A stretch of 63,266 bases of DNA, filler included, from Craspedostauros australis (Eukaryota), in assembly GCA_030167865.1 (NCBI GenBank). It is 7 parts of 7 records of this genome, joined end to end, with 100 filler letters (N's around TTAATTAATTAA, not from the genome) between each part and the next. Parts side by side here need not be neighbours in the genome. Positions count along the whole stretch, not along the records: positions 25,738 to 57,724 come from JALAGF010001686.1; 6 more parts are not named here. The stretch is one strand, 5' to 3'. Within the stretch, counting starts at the first letter, position 1; the number at the start of each line of letters is the position of its first letter. The notes beneath the pieces were generated by a model. The model was not told the origin of the DNA and made no database searches. It saw only the letters and a list, made by a program, of their open reading frames with translations. The translations under genes were made by a program, and so were the position numbers. Positions 43,386 to 54,704 of the stretch are shown here, one piece after another.

Positions 43386-45112
43386 ATGGATGACCAGCAA
43401 GACCAATCGAGCAAGCGAGCAGCGCTGACGGGACAATGGAAGACGCCTCCGGTGCCCATGTTCCCCACGACGCCCTTTCCGCAGCATCAGCACCATCAGG
43501 CACAACCGCAAGTGCAGCAGCAGCAGGCCATCCCGGCTCCTGAGGACATCACGGCGCCATCCTCGATCCCTGAGAGTTCCGAGGACTATGTCAAGGCGTT
43601 GCAGGAGGCGTACAGGAAAGGGGCGCAGGCAGCGGCTCGCATGGTGCAGCAGCAGCCTCCTGCTCCGTTGCAGCCTCAGCCATTGCAGCCGCATCCACCG
43701 CATCAGCAACAGCCATTGCAGCCGCATCCACAGCATCAGCATCAGCCATTGCAGCAGCAACAACAACAGCAGACGGCCGACGGGATGATCCAGACCGCAG
43801 CATCCTGCCCCAACTTCCGAAGGACGACGGTGCTGCCAGCGATCGCATCCAACACCATCAACGGAATCCAATCCGAAGAGGCGGCGTACCACGCGGCTGC
43901 CGTTCCCCTGACGTCTCCGGCGCTTTCCGCCGCCACGGCACCCATGATGACCAGCCCGGCAGCGATCGCGGCACCGCAGGGCGTGCACTTTGCTCCCAAC
44001 ACGCATTCTGTTCCAGATCCGTTGCAATCCACGAATATGCACATGGCCATGCCGCAGGCCCCGCAGATGATGGTGCCTGGTGCAGCTGCTTCCAAACCGG
44101 CGGCGCGGTCCGTGAGCATGCCCGACATGTCGTCCTACACGGCGCAAGTGGAAGAAGAGAAGAGACAGAAACGGTTGGCACGCAATCGTGCCTCTGCGCG
44201 GTTGCGGCGGCTTCGCAAGAAGACGTTGGTGAGTTGTGTTTGTGCCTGTGTTTGTGGTGTTGTTGCGCTATGTTACATTCTGTTATGTTGTGTTATGCTA
44301 TGCTGTGGTGTGCTGTTCGCCGTCTCGTTTTTGTTTGGAGCGTGCGGTCCTGGAGTAGTCCATCCATGGACGATCAGCCGGTCCTTTCTTTGATTCTTAC
44401 ACCCAACTTCCTTCCACGCGCACACACGCACACACCCACATTATGTCTCTCCCACTTTGTGTTTCTGGTGCACAACAACAATGGGGCCATTCACGCATAG
44501 GTGGATGCGTATGAGACCGAAGTCGGCGTCCTGGAAAAGACCCTGAAGCAGCTCCGGGCGCACGAATGGGGCGCGGATGATGATCACAAGGCCTTGCTCG
44601 ACGCCTTGGGCATGGAACGAGGACAACAAACGGTCGATCCTGCCCAACGTGCCGAGGTCATCCGCGGGATTCTGGAACAGCAGCTGGAACAGGTCGATCT
44701 TCTACGACAAACCCAGATGGAACAGCAGTGCCTGGCCATGATGATCCAAAACCCCGACGACGAGGCGTCCAAGGAACTGCAGCAGATCCTGAACCTCACC
44801 GACACGCAGAAGCAGGAGATCCTCAACGCCAGCAGGGGGCTGGACAAGGAGGTCGAGGCGCTGGAGACCATCGCGGCGTCGCTGCGGGCCCTGCAGGACA
44901 ACGACTGGCTCGTCAACGAGGGCGTGCAGGAAATCACGGACCAATTCACGACCATCCTGCACAAGAATCAAATGTCCAAGTTCCTGCTGTGGACCGATTC
45001 CAACGTGGAGGCCATCGATCAGCTCGACTTTGTGCAGGTGCAGCCGCTGCAGCCGGCGCCGATCTTCACATTCGGTGCCGAGGCCAATCCGATGGATGAT
45101 GAAGAGAAATGA
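43386..45112 (+). CDS. bZIP transcription factor (exons 43386-44228, 44501-45112)
   Basis: Basic region EEKRQKRLARNRASARLRRLRKK joined across a phase-0 GTGAGT...TAG intron to the zipper LVDAYETEVGVLEKTLKQL. Q/P-rich N-terminus and helical C-terminal domain (IL..NQMSKFLLW). Confidence 0.9.
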
Positions 45113-45662
45113 GGGAAGTTGGTCATGGTTGTGATGTTTGGTAGTTGTGGCGGTTGTGGTGGTTGTGACGATTCAGATGGAGATGAAGACAAGACGACTT
45201 GTGAAATGTGCCATGTGAACTGCGACGGTCCACCGAAGAACGGATAACACTGCAGAGCCCATGCACGTGTCTATTGGTGTGGCAGAGTGATCGCTGAAGG
45301 CGGGTATTCTCACATAACACATTCTATAATAGTAGATTACGCTCGTCTACTACACGAATAGAGCGCACTACGATGATTCTGCAATAGAAGTACATGCCGT
45401 GCCATGGCATGGCTCGTGCTCTTGCCAACATTGGAAGGCCCACCAAGGAAGTATCTCAACCTCAGTCTTTGTTGAAGTTGGAGGCTGGTGAATGATCTGC
45501 CTCACCAACAAGAGTGTTCTTCGAACGCAAAAGATCCAATTCTCACACAACACAACTCCCACAAAACGAGCGACCAATGCTACAACTATATTCCAGAGAG
45601 CAACGACCGACGGCTGAACAATAAGACAACAACACTAGAGCGACTTCCTACGTATATTCCCG

Positions 45663-46427
45663 ATGCCGCACGACATGATGACAACGATGATGTTTCTCAC
45701 CATTGCAACGGTGCTACTCTCCACTGTATCTGCGCTGCGGTTATCACCGTTGGAGCAGCTCACGTTGGGTCCACGCCTTTCCAAGATAACGGAACAGATC
45801 CAAGAAGAGTATGCACCCATAATACAAGAGCAACTCAGGAACAACAACAACAACGACGACGTCACGATCCTATTCCCCGGCGCCGGCGGCGTCGACGAAT
45901 TGGTGCTGGAATTGCAGCGATCCCATCCATCGTCCATCATCGTGGATTGGAAATCGTACCGCGGCTCCATCCTCACGGCGGCCTACGACGGCGAGGCGGT
46001 CGGCGAAGGCATCGCCAATCTGCTGCGCGACGCACCATCACTGCATTTCATCGGCATCTCCGTTGGCGGTTTCTGCGCCAATGCAGCGGCATGTGCATCG
46101 CAAACGGCGCAACTGACGTTGCTGGATCCATTCTGCGGACGCGGCGTGCTGCAGCCCAACTACGGGAGGATGAATTTCGGCAAGGATTGTCGCGGCACGG
46201 CGTTGCACATTCTCAATACGGATGATCCCGTGCCGACCACGAACGAGGCGCTGCCCAACTGCTTCTGTTTGGATGTGACGCGTGCGGCTCAGCGCGATGA
46301 TTTCGTTCCGCCGGAAGGTGATACCATGCATTCGTGGCCTGTGGCGTACTACGCGAGGCATCATCGGTCCACCAAATGGGCGGATCCATCATTGCATGTT
46401 CCTGGGCGGGTCATTCAGGTGGAATGA
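45663..46427 (+). CDS. Alpha/beta hydrolase (lipase-like) with signal peptide
   Basis: Signal peptide FLTIATVLLSTVSA-L; IIVDW; nucleophile elbow LHFIGISVGG; LTLLDP; putative catalytic Asp (TDDPVP) and His (MHSWP). Confidence 0.75.
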   Translation: MPHDMMTTMMFLTIATVLLSTVSALRLSPLEQLTLGPRLSKITEQIQEEYAPIIQEQLRNNNNNDDVTILFPGAGGVDELVLELQRSHPSSIIVDWKSYRGSILTAAYDGEAVGEGIANLLRDAPSLHFIGISVGGFCANAAACASQTAQLTLLDPFCGRGVLQPNYGRMNFGKDCRGTALHILNTDDPVPTTNEALPNCFCLDVTRAAQRDDFVPPEGDTMHSWPVAYYARHHRSTKWADPSLHVPGRVIQVE

Positions 46428-46695
46428 GACGCGATGAGCAACGTGATGGAGTATAATATGGTAGTAACGCTGTACTATATTCATGTATGTAATGGTGGTA
46501 CGTTAGTGCTGCTCACTTGTTTGAGGTCGATTGGAGATGGATATTCTTGCTGTGCTTGTGCTTGTGCTCGATGCTCACCACGACAACAACGACACAACCG
46601 TGAACCTACCAACCCAACCACCCAGCCAATTCATTAATCAATTCATCAAACGAATCCAACCCAATGTCATGTGCGAGTATGCAGGAATGGTTGGA

Positions 46696-48864
46696 TTAGT
46701 CGACCTTCAATGCACCGTAGATGGTCCTGTTGAACCAGAAGCTGGTGAGGACTCCGACGGATCCGCAGAAGAGGGCGAAGCAGACGGAGATCATTCCCAT
46801 GTACGTCAGGTAAACAACGACTGGCAGAACACCGACGAGCTCCAAGCGGCTGGACAGGAACCAGAGCGAGTACAGGAAGAGGTAGGCCCCGGCACTGGCG
46901 CAGTTGAAGAACGACTTCCACCACCAGCGATGATCCTCGGAGCACAGCTGGAGGTAGCACATCACGACGGACACCTCCGCGCAGGTGGCGGCGAGGATGA
47001 CGAGGACTGCCAGGAGGAAGCCCATCATGTAGTAGATCTGATGCAGCCACAGCGCGCTCATGATGAAGAAGAGCTCGATGCAGACGGAGCCGAACGGCAG
47101 GATTCCACCGAGCATGCAGCTCAGCGGTGGGCTGGAGTACCATGGGAGCTCCGGGATGTACCGCGAGATGTTGTTCGTCTTCGTGGGGACGCTGATCTTC
47201 TCCGACTTGTAGCCGATGAAGGATCCCACGAAGACCAGCGGGGTGGAGACGCAGACCCACAGGGCGAACAGAGCCAGCAGGGTGAGGAAGCTGACGGCGG
47301 TGGCGGCACCTGCGATGGAGAGGGAGATGTTGAGGACCATGAAGAGGGACACCAGGACCCCTGGAAGCCCGGCGGCCGTCAGCACGGTGGCTTGCTTCCA
47401 GGCCTTGGCGTCGCAGAACTTGAAGATGCGCGCTGTGACGTATCCGGCCACGCTGCCGCTGAGGACGTAGAGGAAGAGGACGGCGGTCAAGGTCTGGCCC
47501 TTCTTCATGGGGTTGAGGAGCTTGAGCATGGCGCAGATCATGGTGAGGAAGAAGGCGGTTCCGATCTGCGCGCCGGTGCCCACCAGCACGCTGAAGAGCA
47601 TCGTCTGCGTGGCCGGTGGTCGGAAGACGTCTCCGTGGACGAGCTTCCAGCCGGTCTCCTCCTGAGCATCCTCCAGCGATTGCATCTCGTTGTACCCCGC
47701 GATGTCCTTGCGGAGGGTGCGGATCATGATGGTGGCGATGGCTCCGGTGAGGAAGAGGACGATCATGAGCGAGTTGACGATGGCGAAGGAATGGATGTCA
47801 TCGTCCGGACCGCCGATGAGGTAGACGTCCCAGCGGTCGGCCCATTTCAACGGGCTCTGCTTCCATTCGATCTCGTAGGAGTAGACGACGGAGAGGGAGT
47901 TTGTCTTCGGATCCACCTTGAGCGGCAGGTAGGTCTTCTTGTTGTTGACGACGGGCTCGGGGGAGTTGGGATCGCAGGTGGGGATGGCGACGGTCTGGTC
48001 CTTCGCACCGCCCTCGGGAATCTCGTGCGCGACGCTGACGGGGAAGACGTCGAATCCGGTGATGTGAACCTCGGTGGCAGATATCTGGTCGTAGGCGATG
48101 GTGAACTTGAGGTGGTTGTACAGGAAGTACTCCTCGTAGTCCAGATCGGTGAACTCGGGGCCGGCCTTGAAGCCGACGGGGTATCCGCGCACGGCGTAGT
48201 TGAGCTTCTGACTCCTCATGAGGACCGGCAGGGTGTCGAGGGTCATGTGGATGCGGTACTGCCTCTCGACGAGCTTGCGCATCCACTTGATCTCGCGCGC
48301 GTTCATCTTGACCTCTCCGCACAGGGACTTGCAGCCGTGGCTGGCGCCGACCTTCATGTGGAACGGCCCTGCCGCGTGCTTCACGCCCTGCAGGCGGGAT
48401 CCCAGGTTCTTGCGCTGCTTGAGCCTCTTGTCCAGCACGGCGGTCGGCGAGGGACATCCCGGGAGCTTGTAGAAGTCGAACGGCACCTGCGTCTTCTTGC
48501 TGGACACGAGATCCGTGTACATCCAGATGGGCTGATCCGGCTCGAAGATCTCCGGCGTGACGCCTGGGAACAGGATGGAGGCCATGTCGCTCTGCTTCTT
48601 GCGCAGCAAGCCCCGGCGCTTCTTCTTGCGCAGCTGGAAGTCCCGCATCAGCGCAGCGGTCTCCGTGTGGCCCACCTCGTCCTGCCCGCCCTTCTTCAAT
48701 GCCTGGTACCTCTCCATGTTCTCCTTCACGAGCGCCAGGCGCTCCTTGCGCGTCAGCTTCTTGCCTGCTTCGCCTGCCCCGGCGGCGGGATCGGCGGCAC
48801 CGGCCATGGCGCAAGCGGCCAGCGCCACAAGAGCAACATTCAACCACACTTTCATCATCTTCAC
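46696..48864 (-). CDS. Transmembrane 9 superfamily protein (nonaspanin/EMP70, TM9SF2/4-like)
   Basis: Signal peptide; SKKTQVPFDFYKLPGC, NLGSRLQG, YNHLKFTI.Y, WADRWDVYL, IHSFAIVNS, RTLRKDIAGYN, EETGWKLVHGDVFRPP, GGILPFG; nine TM helices; C-terminal IYGALKVD (KxD motif). Confidence 0.96.
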   Translation of the reverse strand: MKMMKVWLNVALVALAACAMAGAADPAAGAGEAGKKLTRKERLALVKENMERYQALKKGGQDEVGHTETAALMRDFQLRKKKRRGLLRKKQSDMASILFPGVTPEIFEPDQPIWMYTDLVSSKKTQVPFDFYKLPGCPSPTAVLDKRLKQRKNLGSRLQGVKHAAGPFHMKVGASHGCKSLCGEVKMNAREIKWMRKLVERQYRIHMTLDTLPVLMRSQKLNYAVRGYPVGFKAGPEFTDLDYEEYFLYNHLKFTIAYDQISATEVHITGFDVFPVSVAHEIPEGGAKDQTVAIPTCDPNSPEPVVNNKKTYLPLKVDPKTNSLSVVYSYEIEWKQSPLKWADRWDVYLIGGPDDDIHSFAIVNSLMIVLFLTGAIATIMIRTLRKDIAGYNEMQSLEDAQEETGWKLVHGDVFRPPATQTMLFSVLVGTGAQIGTAFFLTMICAMLKLLNPMKKGQTLTAVLFLYVLSGSVAGYVTARIFKFCDAKAWKQATVLTAAGLPGVLVSLFMVLNISLSIAGAATAVSFLTLLALFALWVCVSTPLVFVGSFIGYKSEKISVPTKTNNISRYIPELPWYSSPPLSCMLGGILPFGSVCIELFFIMSALWLHQIYYMMGFLLAVLVILAATCAEVSVVMCYLQLCSEDHRWWWKSFFNCASAGAYLFLYSLWFLSSRLELVGVLPVVVYLTYMGMISVCFALFCGSVGVLTSFWFNRTIYGALKVD

Positions 48865-49967
48865 TGGTCACAGATTTTTATGGTGTTCCTCGTGATCTTG
48901 GTCCCAACGCTTTCTTTGCTGTGTGTGGTGATCATGTACGCGAATCCGCCGTGGACAATTGGTTCGGACATCCGTTGTGTGCTGTTTGGCATCGCCCCCC
49001 GCCCACAACACGAATTCTTCACGCAGGTTGTTGGTACTGAATGTACGTGCCTTTCGGATGCATTGCGGAAAACAAAAAGTCCAGCTCGTTGTGAATCACC
49101 CAAGCTCGTGACTCGCAGAGTATCGAAGATAGATGACTCTGGAGACAAACAAGAATGACAGTTTGCTCAGCAAATGTCAGTCTGAATCAAGCTGATTCTT
49201 GTTTTCTGAGCTTCTTCTGTCAGTCTGCTGTTGTGTGTGCTTCAAACAGACAAGCACACGGTGTTGCGGCAATACAGAACCTGATTCTTGCCTCCAAGTC
49301 GTGGGTGGAGCACCATCACCCCTCTTCCAATGAACAGCGACGTCTCGAATTGCAGGGGTGGAAGGCTATCTCTCTCTGCAACGGACACCCAAACTGCCAC
49401 ATTTAGACGATGAGACGCGCAGGCATCGCCAACCCCGTTTTGCGTGAGTGAGCCAATCAACACAACCGCTGTTGACAACACCAACGGACAGACACGCAGA
49501 AGATTCAGAAAGAAATCTGTCGCTCTCTTTTTCTGGGGAGTGTCGATGTGCCTCCCAATTGGCGTGCCGATGTGCTCACAATTCCGAAACGTGCCCACCC
49601 ACAAGGCCACAACCACCAAGACGGTGAAGCAACAAGAAACCAACAAGACCTGGACCACATTCCACAGCACATAAATCGCTTGAGGTATGTGAGCACGAAC
49701 GATGGATGCACTGGCATCTTCCGTCCATCCACAGCACTTCCTCCACCGAAGCATGCCCTCCGCTCGCCCTCCACCTGCACAGTAGTCTCGAATGTCGAAT
49801 GCGGCTCTGGCCATCTGCCTTGCGTTGCGCATTGGTCTCCAAACTGTACTGCCGCAACGAGTATGCAAAAGACCTCCCACAACATGTGGACTCCCTCTTT
49901 GAGTTCTGCTTGGTGGGAGTGATTGCGGAGGATGGCGCGTCGATGGCTCTTGTTTGTGAAAGAATTG

Positions 49968-49969
<2 letters not shown>

Positions 49970-50021
<52 letters not shown>
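49970..50021. repeat. (GT)26 microsatellite
   Basis: Perfect dinucleotide run. Confidence 0.95.
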
Positions 50022-50022
<1 letters not shown>

Positions 50023-50435
50023 CCCACTGCAGAACTTCGACAAATTCTCGGGTTTCATTGTTACCACGAATGCAATTTCCCGCCTCCGACGCAGGACAGA
50101 CCGAAAAATACGTGATGTCTTTGACGATTTGTAGCGTGGGTTTGACACGATTTCGGAGCCAGCGCTGTTCTTGGTGTGTGGAGGAGTGACAGGAGGCTTC
50201 TCGCGGAGACTGGTAGCCCTGGTTCGTCTCGGAACACAAGACCGCCGCACAAATACGAGGCAACTCCACTCGAAAACTCATTCTCATGTGCCTTGCAAAC
50301 CTCGGCGCCAAGTATAATGCGACAACAAGACTCACAGCACCCTCCACCCTTCTTGATGTCACTACACTCCAACAGCCAGAGCACCAACATTGGCGTCAAC
50401 AAGAACAGCAGGAAAACAGCAGGAAAACAACAACA

Positions 50436-52973
50436 ATGAAACAGCAGCAACAACAACAGTACAACAACAGTGAAGCAACAGCAACAGCAAGCACGACAAT
50501 GAAGAAGGAGTCGATCGACGTAGCGGCGCTGATGCAGCCCATTCTCGAAGTGATCTGCCTGTCCGACGATGGATCGCGGCGTTTCCTCAAGTTCTTCAGT
50601 CGTTGCAAAACTGAGAAGTCGCTTTGGAATCGGCTCGGAATGTACCTTTCGTACGATGAGCAAACGTCTAGCGACGCGCTGGAGATCTACGAACTCGATC
50701 GCCCAGACAAGTTCGATCTGCGGACCTTCCGCGAATGGTACCAGCGATCCAAGCTGCCGCCCGACTTCCAATGGGCCAACTTCGATGATGACATCTACTG
50801 TGGTGGCAGTCCGCGCATCCATTCGGACGAGTTGGTGTCCTTGTCAGCTTCGATTCCGACACCGATCTTGGCGCCAATGTCGATGGTGGTTCTTGCAGCA
50901 GCAGCAGGACAAGAACCACAGCAACGCACAATCGACCCGAATGTGTTACGTACGTGCATGAGGAACCCTAAATGCATCGATGCCGGAGGAGCGAAGAAAG
51001 AGGAGGAAGCAGACGAGACAGCAGGCCTCTGCAAGATCGAAACCGGCATCGTGGAAGTGTGGGAGCGTGAGAATCGCTGTGGCGCTACGGCAGCTCTTTG
51101 CAATCGTGCCGCCGATCCGATTCCTGCCCCGGTTCTTTCTACGGATGCCAGTTCGGTGCGTCCTGACCTTGTGATGTCCGCCGCAGCAATGGAGCCCGCA
51201 AACAACACTGATGCAGACTTGGTTCACCCGAAGTCTGGGCCCGAACCGGTCGCCGTCCCGCCATCACCGAAGCTCTCCCTCGTTCGGGCGGTATCCAACA
51301 GTCCTGTCGTGCCTGACTGCCCAATCAGCATCAGCACCGCAATACCAACGTCAAAAGCAACATCAAAGCCAAAGCCGCAGATACGAGTGCGGAATACACG
51401 CATACGAATACCAGTAAAGAAACAGCCGACGCCAGCAGACACTCCCAGGCGCGCGAAGGAAGAATCGAAGCCAACTGCTGAATCCTCGAAGCGGAGCCGG
51501 GCTGACAGCGATCTTCAATCCAGTCCGCCACCAGAGTCTCCCTGTTGCTCTCGTGCTAGTGACCAGCAGACAAGTTGTTCACACGATACGAAGACAAACA
51601 CGAGCACGAAGCGCCATTGTTCAAGCGCATCAAAGGCCAAACGCCTCTCCAACCCAACACCGTCGCTGCCAAAGATGAGCATACCAATACAGCATGCGAA
51701 CAATCCCGAATCCCAATTCCTCAATCAAATTGCTGCTGCCAACAACTGCACAGCAGGTTCGTTGCGAGGGGCCGGGCAAACGGTGGCAAGTCGAAGAGTC
51801 TCTGATGCACCAGCTCTGAAGCCCTTGCTCCCATCTTTGCGAGAGATGGACAACAAGCAAGCAACGCCTTCAAATCCCATCGTGGACGACGACGATGATG
51901 ATGATGGTGGTGACGATGCGTCTTCGCACAACACCCCTCCACCGACAGACCCTTGGTTTGACGAGGACTCGGGGGCATCATCGTCACCAACGCCGTCAAC
52001 GTCAACGTCACCCGGAAGAGCTCCGTCTACACCATTGCCCGCCGTGACCCCCCGGCATGTGTCTCAACAGCATTCACCGCAACGTCAGCACCACGATTGC
52101 AATCTGCAGCACCGATGGCAGCCATCACCCCCACGTTGCACGGAAGGCAGCACCCGCAGAGAGCCGTCACTTCAACACGCATTGCCAACACCTCGGACTT
52201 CAACCCGCGACCGTGATAGCCACCGAGCAGATCAGTCCCGAAGCGTCGGCAACGCATCGACTCAATCCAAGGATGACCATGCCTATCGACGACGATCATC
52301 CCGCTCAAGTGGCAAGTCAGGACGCGGGAAGTACACTGTGAGCGCGAGAGACCTCCAGGATGTCATGCGCCATTCACACGCCATGTCCGCTGAGGATTAC
52401 CAGAAGTGTGGAGACCTTGCAAGCGACTTGCTCTCCACGCACATATCCTCTAATGGCGAAGGCCTGAGGTACATGCGTCCTAACGACATTGCAGTTGAAC
52501 CAAAACACAAACACAAGTCATGGTTTCAGCTATCCGACCACTCGCGGGAACATGTGTTTGGCAAAGACCAAATTCCATCGCGATACAAGGTGCAGGGCTT
52601 CATCGCCACTTCTCTCTTCGGACACAACTTCGTCAATGCGCCATTCCACGACTCCCAGATCAGCGACCGATTCACCGCCAACTCCATCCTCAATGGCGTG
52701 ACGAGCTTCAATCCAAGAGATAAAGTCGCCTCCCTCCGGGCGAAGTTCCAAAACATCTTGAGCACAATGAAAACGAGACGGAGGCTGGACCTGTTCTGCG
52801 GCGAAACCGAAGTTGTAGTCTTCGTACATTGTCGCCCCAACGGCCGCAAGGTTCCTTACCTCTTCGTGTTGCTGCCAATCCAGCGCGGCGCGATCTGGGT
52901 CGGCACGCCGAGCCACAACCCAGGAAAGCCGATGACCGTGTTGCGGTTTCGATGGGAGGAAAATTACTGCTAG
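50436..52973 (+). CDS. Hypothetical protein (~845 aa): two globular-looking domains separated by a long S/P/T/R-rich linker
   Basis: Long uninterrupted ORF with a plausible ATG after an A-rich leader; no recognisable family motif. Confidence 0.65.
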   Translation: MKQQQQQQYNNSEATATASTTMKKESIDVAALMQPILEVICLSDDGSRRFLKFFSRCKTEKSLWNRLGMYLSYDEQTSSDALEIYELDRPDKFDLRTFREWYQRSKLPPDFQWANFDDDIYCGGSPRIHSDELVSLSASIPTPILAPMSMVVLAAAAGQEPQQRTIDPNVLRTCMRNPKCIDAGGAKKEEEADETAGLCKIETGIVEVWERENRCGATAALCNRAADPIPAPVLSTDASSVRPDLVMSAAAMEPANNTDADLVHPKSGPEPVAVPPSPKLSLVRAVSNSPVVPDCPISISTAIPTSKATSKPKPQIRVRNTRIRIPVKKQPTPADTPRRAKEESKPTAESSKRSRADSDLQSSPPPESPCCSRASDQQTSCSHDTKTNTSTKRHCSSASKAKRLSNPTPSLPKMSIPIQHANNPESQFLNQIAAANNCTAGSLRGAGQTVASRRVSDAPALKPLLPSLREMDNKQATPSNPIVDDDDDDDGGDDASSHNTPPPTDPWFDEDSGASSSPTPSTSTSPGRAPSTPLPAVTPRHVSQQHSPQRQHHDCNLQHRWQPSPPRCTEGSTRREPSLQHALPTPRTSTRDRDSHRADQSRSVGNASTQSKDDHAYRRRSSRSSGKSGRGKYTVSARDLQDVMRHSHAMSAEDYQKCGDLASDLLSTHISSNGEGLRYMRPNDIAVEPKHKHKSWFQLSDHSREHVFGKDQIPSRYKVQGFIATSLFGHNFVNAPFHDSQISDRFTANSILNGVTSFNPRDKVASLRAKFQNILSTMKTRRRLDLFCGETEVVVFVHCRPNGRKVPYLFVLLPIQRGAIWVGTPSHNPGKPMTVLRFRWEENYC

Positions 52974-53034
52974 AGTGTGACACAACATACTCTCTAGAGC
53001 TCCGAGTGGGGTTGAACAAATGTATGTACTCTGC

Positions 53035-53059
53035 AGAGAGAGAGAGAGAGAGAGAGAGA
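53035..53059. repeat. (AG)n microsatellite
   Basis: Perfect dinucleotide run in the 3' flank of the 50436-52973 ORF. Confidence 0.9.
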
Positions 53060-53589
53060 CGGACAGAGATCGGTATGATTGTGTTACTCTAGCATAAATA
53101 TTGTGTTTACAGAGTGTGTAGAGCATTCAATTTTATTCTCGACTACTTTGCGAGCGCCAAACCGTGGGAGAAAGGAGTGGGCTTCGAGCTGAGCTGTTGC
53201 TGCAGAAGCATGTTAGCACGGTCACTTTCCTTGAACTGTTCGTGTGCTGAGGTTGCCCTGCCCATGTGTTGGCTCTTCATCCGAGGGTCACCCCTCCATA
53301 TCGTCTGCATGCTCTCGTATGTACTGGCCCCTTGTACTCCTGCTCTCCATGCATGGTTTGCATCATTTCATGCCATGTCATGACGTAGCAGTCTCTCTTT
53401 CCACAGAGTACAACCACGGTCACTAGTGCGGGTGTGAATACCCGTATGTTTGTTGATGGCAGCGATATCGCAATCCATGTCCATTCCTGTACAAGTCGAG
53501 TGGATGACTTCATTCCATCACGTCCACACCACATCGACACCACACCATCACCACATCGACACCACGTCTCTGACATCGTTCCCGATCAA

Positions 53590-53826
53590 TCAACGTCCTC
53601 CGTGCTGTTCCAGCTCTCGGCGCAGATTCTTCGTGAAATCGTCGTCCATATCATCCTGATCCCAGTTGTCCTGCCATTGCTGATTGTCCTCTGCGGCTTC
53701 TTCGTTGGTGCCCCAATTCGATGTCTCGAACTCCTCGAATTCGTCATCCTCCTCGATGGCTTCGATCACGGGGGTCTTCGTGGCGGACGTCGAGTCCTCC
53801 TGCTTCTTGCTCTCCTCAGTATTCAT
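53590..53826 (-). CDS. SEM1: Sem1/Dss1, 26S proteasome lid and TREX-2 subunit
   Basis: Family signature [15 protein letters not shown]...[22 protein letters not shown]. Confidence 0.95.
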   Translation of the reverse strand: MNTEESKKQEDSTSATKTPVIEAIEEDDEFEEFETSNWGTNEEAAEDNQQWQDNWDQDDMDDDFTKNLRRELEQHGGR

Positions 53827-54174
53827 CTTCCTTTCTCGTTGTGATCCGTTCCTCGGGGTTGATCGTTGATGGTCTTGTGTGGGTCGTATCCTCCCTTTCT
53901 TGGTTTACTCCTGCAGTTGCAAACAGACAGATCTTGTGGCTCGTCCTCGATGTGGTTCCAACTTTGCGCTTCGAGTGTTGGTTGGAGCGTTTCGTGTGCT
54001 GTTTGTGGAAACAAAGAGAATCAGATGGAACTTCATGTTCAGTCTACGACTCAAGCGATCGCTTGCAACAGTCAAAGAACTTCTAGAAGTCGTATGAGTC
54101 GCTTTGTGACGTCAGATGGCGAATGGGCTCACAATTTGATGTGCTTGGCGATCTGCTGACTCAGCCGAGAGATT

Positions 54175-54288
54175 TCAGTCGTCGATGAATTGGAGAACTC
54201 GACGAATGAAGTTGCCGATGATGGCGGTGGTGACGAAAATGACGAAGATTGCGGTGATGACGGAGATGAATGCAATGATGGTGGACAT
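54175..54288 (-). CDS. Candidate 37-aa single-TM microprotein (56 aa if ATG 54345 is used)
   Basis: MSTIIAFISVITAIFVIFVTTAIIGNFIRRVLQFIDD*; 27 of the 36 codons after ATG end in C. Confidence 0.3.
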   Translation of the reverse strand: MSTIIAFISVITAIFVIFVTTAIIGNFIRRVLQFIDD

Positions 54289-54704
54289 TGAAGTGATTCT
54301 TCGTTCTTCTCTTGGGTGTTGAACTTGCTGTTCAAGGTGTTTCATCCATCACTCGTGGTTGAGGACGTCGAGAGTGTCGAAAGAAAGGAAGAGAAACCTC
54401 GGTGCTGTTGGGCCCCGATCCTTCCTCTCTCTCTCTCTCTCTCATTCTCCTGTGTCCGCAAGCGACAGCTGTCGTTGTGCAAGTTGCTGATGGGTGAACG
54501 ACACGACGACGGCAATCACATCGACCACAACTAAATACTCTGCTCTACTCGATACCTTCTGGTTCCTTGCTTTCACTTCATTCACCAACTGAACGACCGG
54601 CGGAACGACGACCGGCTGAACGACTCACTGCTTGAACAACTGGCAACATCAATTGGAACCCCAAAAGGAGAAATTGACAGATAGCGACGACGAGAACGAC
54701 AGCC

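Noticed and set aside
46531..49158. 875-aa plus-strand ORF
   Set aside because: Antisense in-register shadow of TM9SF caused by high GC3; no motifs.
53428..53446. CGGGTGTGAATACCCG hairpin reminiscent of a TPP riboswitch
   Set aside because: Lacks the CUGAGA and downstream P4/P5 consensus, and no thiamine gene is nearby.
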